IMG/VR virus record: IMGVR_UViG_3300042561_001850
Direction: 5' to 3' (one strand)
Length of the DNA stretch: 20,000 bases
Source: an uncultured virus (IMG/VR IMGVR_UViG_3300042561_001850)
Taxonomy: Duplodnaviria > Heunggongvirae > Uroviricota > Caudoviricetes
This document shows, in pieces, positions 1 to 7,574 of this stretch. The translations under genes were made by a program, and so were the position numbers. Numbering within the stretch: the first letter of the stretch is position 1; every line of letters starts with the position of its first letter. Under the pieces are notes generated by a model, which worked only from the letters and a program-made list of their open reading frames with translations, was not told where the DNA came from and did no database searches.

Positions 1-1
1 C

Positions 2-1990
2 CAGGCCGATGCCCGCAACAACCCCTCATCGGTGTCGGCGGTGATCGGCGCCCAGATCGAGGCCCTGGCACTCGGCCGCACCGGGCTGGTGAGCGAGGCC
101 GATGCTGTTCGGGAGCTCTACAACGCCAAGGCCCGGCAGCTGAACCTGGAGCAATCGGTTGCCCGCCAGCAGCTGGAGTTCCAGCAGAAGCGGGAGGCTT
201 CCGAGCAGCGGATCGCTCTGCTGCGCCTGCAGGTGGAGCGCACCAGCCAGAACATTGCCCTGCTGAACCTGGATTCGGCCCGGCAACAGCTAAAGGTCCA
301 GGCCCAACGCGACACCCTTAGTGGCGCCACCGGGGCCGCGGCGCCTCCAGTGGTCGCGACGGGGGGGCGCATGATTTCAGGGGCTAGGACCAATCGCACC
401 CGCGATCCTGATGCGGAAGCAACCGGCTGGGACATCGTGGTGCCTGGTGGCCGCGGCGGTGCTGTCACCAATCCATTCGGGAAACTCACGATCACCGGCA
501 CCGGCTTTCAGGGCCGCGGTGCGGGATCAACTGGCAAAGGGTACGGCAGCTGGGTCAGCGGAGAGTTCAATATCGGCGGCAAGAAATACGAAATGCTGCT
601 CGGTCACTTCGACAGCATTGACGTGGCCAAAGGGATGACCCTTGGCCCTGGCGACCGCATTGGGAGCCAGGGCATTACGGGCCGGACCTTTGGGACTCAT
701 GTCACCACCCACGTCAACCCCAAAGGCGGGGCATCAACGGCTGACGCTTGGCAAGCGCTGGAAGCACTTACTCGTGCGTGGGAAACGGGGCGCATGGTCC
801 CTGGGTCAGGTTCAGCCGCGCTCCCCGCCATGGCGTCAAGACCCCGCAGTGGGCCCGACATCTTCGCCGGTATTGACATGAATGGCCCCATCCCAGATGC
901 AACACCAGCACCGCTACGGCGGCTGCAAGGTGGCTCGGCGCCAAGGGCAATCGCTACCGCCACGGCTTCTGCCGGCCCGATCCTGGCCGCCCAACCCCTC
1001 GAAAAGCCGCTGAACAGCCTGGGCAACAGCCTCCAGGCCAACACCGACAGCATGGAGCAGACGCGCCAGTTGCTGGCCAACATCGACACCGCGATCAAAG
1101 ACCTGCAGGATGAATTGGGAGGGACCAGAACCCGCAATGAATTCGACACCGAAGCCCTGAGAATCAACCAGGCGGAGCAGAGCAGGGCCATGGAGGTGGA
1201 GCGGATAAGCGCCCAGCTCAAGGCTGAAATCCTCAACTCCCCCCGCGGCCGACTGGCTGCCGGCCTGACGGAGGAGACCGTGGGCGGGTTGGGCGGCGGC
1301 GTCCGCCAGGCGCTTTCTACGGCAATGCAGGGCGGCGACATCCGCGGGGCGATCGCCCAGGCCCTGGCCGGCACCGCCGATCGCCTGGCCCAGACCACCC
1401 TCAATTCCATCCTCGCCCCCCTCGAACAGCTGCTCACCGGCAACCTGTTCCAGGCCCTCAGCGGCTTCAGCGGGGCAGCGGGGCAGCAGATGACCGCAGC
1501 CCAGCTGATGCTGCGGGCGGGGCAGTTGATGGCCCAAAGCGGCGTGGGCAGTGGCTTTACACCAGGTGGCGGTGGCGGGCTGGGGTTGATCGGCGACCTC
1601 TTTGGAGGCCTGGGCCCTGGTGCGGGGCTGGTGGGCGCCGGCATCAAGGGCCTAGGCAGCGCCTTCAATGTCACCGACTTCCCGCTGGCCCAGTTTGCGG
1701 CCGGTGGGGTCTCCCATGGCCCCAAAAGTGGTTACGCGGCCATGCTCCATGGCACTGAGGCGATTGTTCCTCTGCCGAACGGCCGCAGCCTGCCGGTGCA
1801 GCTGCAGGGAGGGGCGGCCGGCGGCGGCTGGGGCGGCGGATCGATCACCATCCCGATCAGCGTCGACGCCACGGGCACGGCCGTCGCCGGCAACAACGAG
1901 AAGGGTTCGAGGTTGGGCGAAATGGTCGGCCAGGCGGTGAAAGAGGTGCTAATCCGCGAGAAACGCCCCGGCGGCATTCTCTACAACTGA
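2..1990 (+). CDS. Phage tail tape-measure protein (lambda gpH-like), C-terminal part, 5'-truncated by the window, with an internal M23-peptidase-like domain
   Basis: The frame is open from base 2. It has Ala/Gln/Leu-rich coiled-coil segments and a Gly-rich C-terminus with 'FAAGGVSHGP...HGTEAIVPL' and 'GEMVGQAVKEVLIREKRPGGILY', typical of lambdoid TMP ends. It lies directly upstream of gpM-like genes. Confidence 0.88.
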   Translation, partial: QADARNNPSSVSAVIGAQIEALALGRTGLVSEADAVRELYNAKARQLNLEQSVARQQLEFQQKREASEQRIALLRLQVERTSQNIALLNLDSARQQLKVQAQRDTLSGATGAAAPPVVATGGRMISGARTNRTRDPDAEATGWDIVVPGGRGGAVTNPFGKLTITGTGFQGRGAGSTGKGYGSWVSGEFNIGGKKYEMLLGHFDSIDVAKGMTLGPGDRIGSQGITGRTFGTHVTTHVNPKGGASTADAWQALEALTRAWETGRMVPGSGSAALPAMASRPRSGPDIFAGIDMNGPIPDATPAPLRRLQGGSAPRAIATATASAGPILAAQPLEKPLNSLGNSLQANTDSMEQTRQLLANIDTAIKDLQDELGGTRTRNEFDTEALRINQAEQSRAMEVERISAQLKAEILNSPRGRLAAGLTEETVGGLGGGVRQALSTAMQGGDIRGAIAQALAGTADRLAQTTLNSILAPLEQLLTGNLFQALSGFSGAAGQQMTAAQLMLRAGQLMAQSGVGSGFTPGGGGGLGLIGDLFGGLGPGAGLVGAGIKGLGSAFNVTDFPLAQFAAGGVSHGPKSGYAAMLHGTEAIVPLPNGRSLPVQLQGGAAGGGWGGGSITIPISVDATGTAVAGNNEKGSRLGEMVGQAVKEVLIREKRPGGILYN

Positions 1991-2340
1991 TGCCCTTCAC
2001 CCTGCCAGCCAGCCCCCGGCCGATCTACCCGGCAACCGAAACCACCAAGCCGGAGCTGCGGGGGAGCCAATTTGGCGACGGGCCGGAAGACCGCAAGGCT
2101 TTGGGGCTCAACCAGTTCCCCGTCACCCTGCCGCTGCAATGGGCGCCGCTGCCAATGGACAAGGCCAAGATCCTCACCACCTTTTTTGAGGCGCGACTAC
2201 GCAACAACCAGGCTTTTCTCTGGACGCCACCGGACCGCCCCGAAGCTCTTTGGCGCTGCCCGCAATGGTCGCTGACTGGGGCTGGCCGCGGCTTGTATGT
2301 GCTCAGTGCCGTTTTTGAGCAGTCCTTCGGGATCCGATGA
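1990..2340 (+). CDS. Minor tail / distal tail protein, lambda gpM-like (copy 1)
   Basis: 116 aa with 'QFGDG', 'GLN', 'FFEAR...AFLWTPP', 'WRCPQWS' and 'LSAVFEQSF' motifs. The start overlaps the TMP stop (TGATG). Confidence 0.85.
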   Translation: MPFTLPASPRPIYPATETTKPELRGSQFGDGPEDRKALGLNQFPVTLPLQWAPLPMDKAKILTTFFEARLRNNQAFLWTPPDRPEALWRCPQWSLTGAGRGLYVLSAVFEQSFGIR

Positions 2341-3239
2341 CCTACTCCACCTTCCCGGCGGTGCCGGTGAAAAGCGAGCTGAGCAAAGAGGTGCGCAGCC
2401 TTGCTACCAAACAGCCCTTGGGGGACGGCTACACATACATCACTCAGTTCGGGCTGCATCCGCTGGAGGAGACCTGGCGGGTGCGGATGCTGATCAAGCT
2501 CAGTGAAGCAGCCACGGTTCGGTCTTTCCTGGAGGCCCGGGCAACCGATGGGAAACCATTCCTCTGGACGCCGCCAGACCATGCGGGGGGCAGCACTCCC
2601 ATGTGGAAGGTCGAAGAATGGCCAATCGCCAGAGAATTTCAGTCCATGGTGAAGATTGATCTGCTGCTGCGTCGGATTTGGGGGAAACTTGCACCACCTG
2701 GGTTCAGGATTGGTGGCGTGCCGCATTATTGCCAGGCGCAGCCTGATTTTGCTTTGCACCCTTCAGCCGCATACGTTCGGTGGGTTGGTGTGCAATGGTC
2801 GGAGCGGGGATATGGCGGCCTCGGCGGTAGCTCGGCGCCTCCGGTGACAAATAACATCACAACGAGTTGGCGACCGTTGCGCACAACAACAGGCCAGCTT
2901 ATTACATATGGGATTGGGGGCATAGTATTGGAAGGAAACTATAGCGCCGCAGGCTACTTAGGCCCTTGGTACTCAAATATAGATATTTACGTTGCTTATT
3001 ATTCAGGGCCAGGCAATTCCATGGGCGGATCCATGAGTGTATTCTACATTTACACAGCAAACCCAACGCTGCCGCTCCAGGGTGCAGAAACCAACACTGG
3101 GTACGGTTTCAGCCGATCCGCCTACGATTACTCCAACTTTGCCACCGCCAGGGGGCTCTGGGAATTCGCCAACGCCGCTTATGAAGTGATTTTTACCTGG
3201 GATGGATATTCCCGGCTGCGTCCAGGTGCCGTAATCTAA
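2337..3239 (+). CDS. Second gpM-like protein with a ~185-aa C-terminal extension (putative evolved distal tail protein / adhesin)
   Basis: The N-terminal ~115 aa has 'LGDGY', 'GLHP' and 'FLEAR...PFLWTPP', paralogous to the upstream gene. The extension is Tyr/Gly/Ser/Asn-rich. ATGA overlap with the upstream gene. Confidence 0.75.
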   Translation: MTYSTFPAVPVKSELSKEVRSLATKQPLGDGYTYITQFGLHPLEETWRVRMLIKLSEAATVRSFLEARATDGKPFLWTPPDHAGGSTPMWKVEEWPIAREFQSMVKIDLLLRRIWGKLAPPGFRIGGVPHYCQAQPDFALHPSAAYVRWVGVQWSERGYGGLGGSSAPPVTNNITTSWRPLRTTTGQLITYGIGGIVLEGNYSAAGYLGPWYSNIDIYVAYYSGPGNSMGGSMSVFYIYTANPTLPLQGAETNTGYGFSRSAYDYSNFATARGLWEFANAAYEVIFTWDGYSRLRPGAVI

Positions 3240-3242
3240 ATC

Positions 3243-3986
3243 ATGATGGATTCAACACTCAGGGCTGAACTCGCTTCGATGGAACCTGGTTCCATCATCG
3301 AATTGTTTGAAATCGAAGCCAACTGCCGAATCCACGGCGTTGATCAAACCTTTAGGTTTTCAAACACCTATAGCGCTTCCAGCACAGTGATACCAGTGAT
3401 TTGGGCTGGTAATTCCTATTGGCCAATCACAATTGAAGCCGACGGCTTTGCTTATGACGGCAAAGGGGTGCTGCCTACACCCACATTGCGGCTGGGCAAT
3501 GTCAATGGTGAAATTTCCGCAATCCTCAATGAGGTCAATGCCTTCACCCCAGGCAACGACCTTGGCCTGGCCAAGTTCACCAGAATCAGAACCCTAGCCA
3601 GGTTCCTTGATGCCGCGAATTTTGATGATGGGGTGAATCCTTACGGCACACCCAACCCGGCTGCGACATTTCCGCCAGAGATTTACTACGTTGACAAGAA
3701 GGAGCTTGAATGCCGCGATGTAGTCGAATTCAAGATGGAATCAGCGTTTAGCTTGGTGGGTGAACGGGGCCCTCGGCGCCAATGCCTCAAGCAATGCACC
3801 TTTGTGTTGGGAGGCGATGGCTGCGGCTACAACGGCCCCAACTTTTTTGACGAAAACAACAATCCAGTTGCGTCAGCCGAACTAAGCGTTTGCAGCCAGA
3901 CACTGACTGGTTGTCGATTACGCCATGGCGAAGGCGCTGAACTTCCATACGGTGGTTATCCAGGTATTGGCAATTACAATGCCTGA
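3243..3986 (+). CDS. Minor tail protein, lambda gpL-like
   Basis: Motifs 'IIELFEI', 'GFAYDGKGVLPTPTL', 'RIRTLARFLDAANF' and 'EIYYVDKK'. C-terminal Cys cluster (C..GCGY..C...GCRLR..LPYGGYPG) as in the gpL Fe-S domain. Confidence 0.92.
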   Translation: MMDSTLRAELASMEPGSIIELFEIEANCRIHGVDQTFRFSNTYSASSTVIPVIWAGNSYWPITIEADGFAYDGKGVLPTPTLRLGNVNGEISAILNEVNAFTPGNDLGLAKFTRIRTLARFLDAANFDDGVNPYGTPNPAATFPPEIYYVDKKELECRDVVEFKMESAFSLVGERGPRRQCLKQCTFVLGGDGCGYNGPNFFDENNNPVASAELSVCSQTLTGCRLRHGEGAELPYGGYPGIGNYNA

Positions 3987-3995
3987 TCGCCAGCA

Positions 3996-4733
3996 ATGAA
4001 CAACCAGACCCGTGCTGCAGCGCTGCTTGCCGCAGTGGCCGAGGCCCCCCGCGAAAGCTGCGGCCTGGTGGTGGTGGTGGGCGGCAAGGAGCGCTACTGG
4101 CCCTGCCGCAACATCAACCCGATTCAGACTGATTTCAGCATTGATCCAGCCGACTACCTGGCCGCCGCCAGGGCCGGAACAATCGTGGCGGTGATCCATT
4201 CCCATCCCGACGGCTTCCCACATCCATCTGATGCCGATCGCGCCAGCTGCGAGAAGTGGGGGATCCCCTGGCACATCGTCTCCCCGCACCTGGGTGACGG
4301 CCAGGGCCAGTGGTTCAGCTTCGAGCCCAGTGGCTGGAAGCCGCCGTTGATCGGCAGGCAATGGTCGTGGGGGGTTCACGACTGCTGGGCGCTAGTACGG
4401 GACTGGTACGCCGAGCAAAACCTGCCCCTGCCGGACTTCGAGCGGCCCGCTGACCCAGAAGAGTTCATGCGCCAGCCCCTGTTCGAGAGCCTCTACGCCG
4501 AGGCCGGCTTCTTTGCGGTGCCCCGGGAGCAGATCCGGGCCGGCGATGCCGTTCTGCAAAGCCGTTTCGTGCCCGGGCTCAACCATGTGGGCGTCATCCT
4601 GCCCGATGGCCGCCTGCTCCATCACGTAGAGGGCCGCCTGTCGAGCTCCGACATCTACGGCGACGGCCACCAGCGCAGCACCGGCCGGGTGTTGCGACCG
4701 CTTGCCTGGAAGGACAAGAGCCCCTGGACTTAG
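3996..4733 (+). CDS. Tail assembly protein, lambda gpK-like (JAB/MPN + NlpC/P60)
   Basis: 'PRESCGLVV', JAB motif 'HSHP...PSDAD', NlpC/P60 'DCW' and 'NHVGV...LLHH'. Positioned after gpL. Confidence 0.93.
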   Translation: MNNQTRAAALLAAVAEAPRESCGLVVVVGGKERYWPCRNINPIQTDFSIDPADYLAAARAGTIVAVIHSHPDGFPHPSDADRASCEKWGIPWHIVSPHLGDGQGQWFSFEPSGWKPPLIGRQWSWGVHDCWALVRDWYAEQNLPLPDFERPADPEEFMRQPLFESLYAEAGFFAVPREQIRAGDAVLQSRFVPGLNHVGVILPDGRLLHHVEGRLSSSDIYGDGHQRSTGRVLRPLAWKDKSPWT

Positions 4734-4740
4734 GGGCCCT

Positions 4741-4987
4741 TGGGCGCTCGCCGCCGGCCCCCCCCGTGGCGGTATCAAATCCAGTGCTCCGGGATTTCCG
4801 GACAACTCGAGCGGACTGGGCTGATAGCTGGCAGCTAGCTCCCCGAATTTGGCTGCCAGCTCCCGGAATTTGGCCAAAAATCGGCAACCCTGACTTGGAT
4901 TTCACTGGGCGCCCCTCGCCGCCCCCCGAGCGTTTGCCGTTCCCCGGGCGTTATCAAATCGAACTATCCGGTATTTCCGGACAGTTC
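4741..4987. repeat. Intergenic cluster of imperfect direct repeats with palindromic cores
   Basis: Copy A ~4741-4808 and copy B ~4906-4987 share tgggcgc..tcgccgcc..gcg(g/t)tatcaaatc-N6-tccgg(g/t)atttccggaca. Between them is a tandem pair agctccc(c/g)gaatttggc at ~4837-4853 and 4858-4874. Confidence 0.7.
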
Positions 4988-6074
4988 AGAGGCGCTCGAA
5001 CAGCCAGCTGGGCCGCCCTGGGGGGAGGGTGCTGCCGAGATCACCGCAGCCGATTTTGCCCTGGCCAATCAGCTGCCAGCCATCGCGGCTGGCGCCGATG
5101 CCGTGGTGGCGCGACCAATCGTTGATGCGGTGGGTGGTGATGCCCAGGATCCGGGCCAGCTCCGGGCCCGCAATCTGCTCACCTCGCCGGAACCGCCGAA
5201 CCTGATCAGGCTCGATCGGCCGCAGGTGCCGGCAGATCATCGTTTCGGGTGGCTGGGCGGCCTGCCAGGGATCGGGCCCCGGCCACGGCGCCGATGAACG
5301 GCGACGGCGCCGGACCGGCAAATCCGCTGGGGTTGGGGTGGCCGGGGTTGCCGGCAGGGCAGCCACCGAACCAGCCGCCGAGAAATCTTCGGCAACTGGT
5401 AAGGCGGGCTTACAGGTTGGAGGGAGCACCAGCTGGGCATAGCGCTGCACCAACCAGCCCATGAAATGTGTGGCCAGGGGCCGGGCATAGCGCAGCGAGC
5501 GCGGCACTTCATGCGCCGCTCGGCCCTCGATGGCAGCTTCCACCTCCTTGGCATAGGCCGCAACGATCTCGTTCCAGTCCGCAGGGGCTGTCACCGCCGA
5601 GAACCCAAAAGCTGTGGCGGCTCCCCCTAGGGGGGTGGCTCCCGTGCCGGCCGCGGCGGCTCTGGCCCCTTGGGTCTGGGACCCCTGGGCACCGGCATGC
5701 TGGGCCGCGGCGCCCTGGGCCTGGGCCTGCACCACCTCCAGAAACCAGCCATCCATCCAGACGGCAAAGGCGGGACTGATCCACCGGGCCAAATCCACGG
5801 CCAACCTGGGGTGGATCCAGGTGCCACGAAGGTGGTTTAGGCCTGTTGCAATCACCTGAATCAGGTCACCGCATTTTTGCGGCGACCCCAAATTTGCACC
5901 CAATGCAGCGAGGTAAGCCTGTGTGCGTTCAGATCTGAAATATGTGAACCATTCGCGGCCACCAGCCCGACACATGGCCGTGGCATTGACAAAGCCGTCA
6001 GCGGGCCGGCGCTGAATCTCCACACCGTTCCAGATGCGGCAATCCATCCCCATGGGGGAAGAAAAGCAATTCAT
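4986..6074 (-). CDS. KilA-N domain DNA-binding protein (antirepressor-like) with a low-complexity linker and a possible C-terminal HTH
   Basis: 'DGFVNATAMCRAGGREW..Y', 'GTWIHPRLAVDLARWISPAFAVW' is the KilA-N signature. The C-terminal 'GPELARILGITTHRINDWSR' looks HTH-like. Confidence 0.88.
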   Translation of the reverse strand: MNCFSSPMGMDCRIWNGVEIQRRPADGFVNATAMCRAGGREWFTYFRSERTQAYLAALGANLGSPQKCGDLIQVIATGLNHLRGTWIHPRLAVDLARWISPAFAVWMDGWFLEVVQAQAQGAAAQHAGAQGSQTQGARAAAAGTGATPLGGAATAFGFSAVTAPADWNEIVAAYAKEVEAAIEGRAAHEVPRSLRYARPLATHFMGWLVQRYAQLVLPPTCKPALPVAEDFSAAGSVAALPATPATPTPADLPVRRRRRSSAPWPGPDPWQAAQPPETMICRHLRPIEPDQVRRFRRGEQIAGPELARILGITTHRINDWSRHHGIGASRDGWQLIGQGKIGCGDLGSTLPPGRPSWLFERL

Positions 6075-6329
6075 GGGTTGCTCCCGCTCGAAACGGGGCT
6101 ATCTGTAAAACTTGATGTCGCCACCAAGCCACCAGACATTACTGCATCCGTATGGAAATGGCATTAGGTGGAGGCTGGGCCTCCGATACCGGTGCCCAGG
6201 CCTGATGCCCAAGCTGAGCAGCGACAGACGGCACTGCTCCCGACGCCCAGCCTTGCGGTTAAGGCCGACCCAACCCCCAAAACGAGCGTACACGGTTCAG
6301 GATGAAAGGTCGGGCAAGAAAGGGGGGGG

Positions 6330-6419
6330 CTGGAGGCGGTTTCAGAGGCATGGCTCTGGAGGGGCTCCAGAGGCACGGGGTTGGATGGGCCCCAGGGCCA
6401 CGGCAGGGGCTCCAGAGCC
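6330..6419. repeat. Degenerate ~25-bp tandem repeat with internal palindromes
   Basis: Units ctggaggcggtttcagaggcatgg / ctggaggggctccagaggcacgg / ttggatgggccccagggccacgg / caggggctccagagcc. Perfect hairpin ctctggag-ggg-ctccagag at 6354-6372. Confidence 0.55.
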
Positions 6420-6530
6420 TTGGCCATCAAGCCGGTGCCGGCAAGTCAGACGCTGAGAAAAATTGGATGGTAAAGTCCACCCCGAAAGCCGTGACCATGG
6501 CTATCAAAAACAAACCTCACACCGAATGCC

Positions 6531-6788
6531 ATGGATGACAACAAATTTCGCAACCTTGTCGGTTCTGCTTCGATTGCCGTTATCGCCGGGGCAGCATTTG
6601 TGGCAACGGGGCTTCTAGCCGGCGGCGGATGGCTGCTCTGGAGGCACATGGCTTATCAAACAGCGGTGAAAGAATGTTTTCTTGGCGTCAGCCCTTTGGC
6701 CGTGGACATGATGAATGAAGCGGCAGTCCGATATGGCGGGGTCACCACGTCTCAATGCATGGCGCAAAAGGGTTTCCCCCAGCGCTGA
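6531..6788 (+). CDS. Small single-pass membrane protein, hypothetical (moron-like)
   Basis: 85 aa with an ATG start, a long hydrophobic segment (LVGSASIAVIAGAAFVATGLLAGGGWLLW) and two Cys in the soluble part. Confidence 0.6.
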   Translation: MDDNKFRNLVGSASIAVIAGAAFVATGLLAGGGWLLWRHMAYQTAVKECFLGVSPLAVDMMNEAAVRYGGVTTSQCMAQKGFPQR

Positions 6789-6938
6789 CATTGTTGAGCT
6801 AACCGTATCCAGCGGGGCCGCGGCGGCAACTTGGACCATTTGCGTGCGGCCACGAAAATGGTGCTGACCAGACCGCTCGCGCCAACCCCCACCGTGCCAC
6901 TGGAGTGGCCTCCGTAGCCTGGGGCTATTCAGTGGTCG

Positions 6939-7574
6939 GTGGCATTGGAGCGAACGCTGCGCCTGTACGGGCCCCTGGCCGAGCGGACCGGATACACGGT
7001 TTTGAGCGCCAATATCGCCTCGATTGGCGAAGCCGTGCGGTTCCTGGTCGCCAATTGGCCCGATCTGGAGGCCCTCATCGCCGGATACGACTGGCTGCTG
7101 TCGGAGGGCAGCTACAACCTCGGCGCCGATGAGATTCACCACCCCCTCGGCAGCGAGGACATCCACCTGGTGCCGATCGTGAGTGGTTCAGGATCGGCCG
7201 GCGCCAAGATTGTGGGTGGCATTCTGCTGGTGGCCGCATCGTTTGCGGTGCCGGGCATTGGCCTGGCGGCCTTGGGGCCCACCCTGTTTGGCGCCGGCAT
7301 GAGCCTGGCCCTGGGCGGTGCCGCCCAGCTGCTGACACCCTCAACGCCCACTCCAGATCGCAACCGTGACCCCAAAGAAACCAACTCCTACTCGGTATCA
7401 GGGGTGCAGTTGACATCAAGGGAGGGCACGCCCGTCAACATCCCAAGGGGCCGCATCGTCATGGGCGCCATCGTCATCTCAGCCGGCATCAGCACAAGTG
7501 AGTTGCCTGGGGCGGGCGCCAACAAGCGATCCATGACCCTGGTCGAAGCGATCCAGGCGACGGGCAAGCGATGA
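6939..7574 (+). CDS. Tail assembly protein, lambda gpI-like
   Basis: 'LRLYGPLAE', 'EAVRFL', 'IHLVPIVSGS', a Gly-rich hydrophobic segment, 'AQLLTP', 'SYS.SG', 'GTPVNIPRGRIVMG.IVISAGI'. Confidence 0.92.
   Translation: MALERTLRLYGPLAERTGYTVLSANIASIGEAVRFLVANWPDLEALIAGYDWLLSEGSYNLGADEIHHPLGSEDIHLVPIVSGSGSAGAKIVGGILLVAASFAVPGIGLAALGPTLFGAGMSLALGGAAQLLTPSTPTPDRNRDPKETNSYSVSGVQLTSREGTPVNIPRGRIVMGAIVISAGISTSELPGAGANKRSMTLVEAIQATGKR

Noticed and set aside
4741..6419. CRISPR or mini-CRISPR array
   Set aside because: The repeats are few, degenerate and irregularly spaced, without constant-length unique spacers. No cas genes are present.
6099..6538. Short ORFs upstream of the KilA-N gene (6099-6293, 6112-6456, 6164-6430, 6302-6538)
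   Set aside because: They overlap each other, mostly have non-ATG starts, have low-complexity Arg/Pro/Gly-rich translations and show no recognisable domain.
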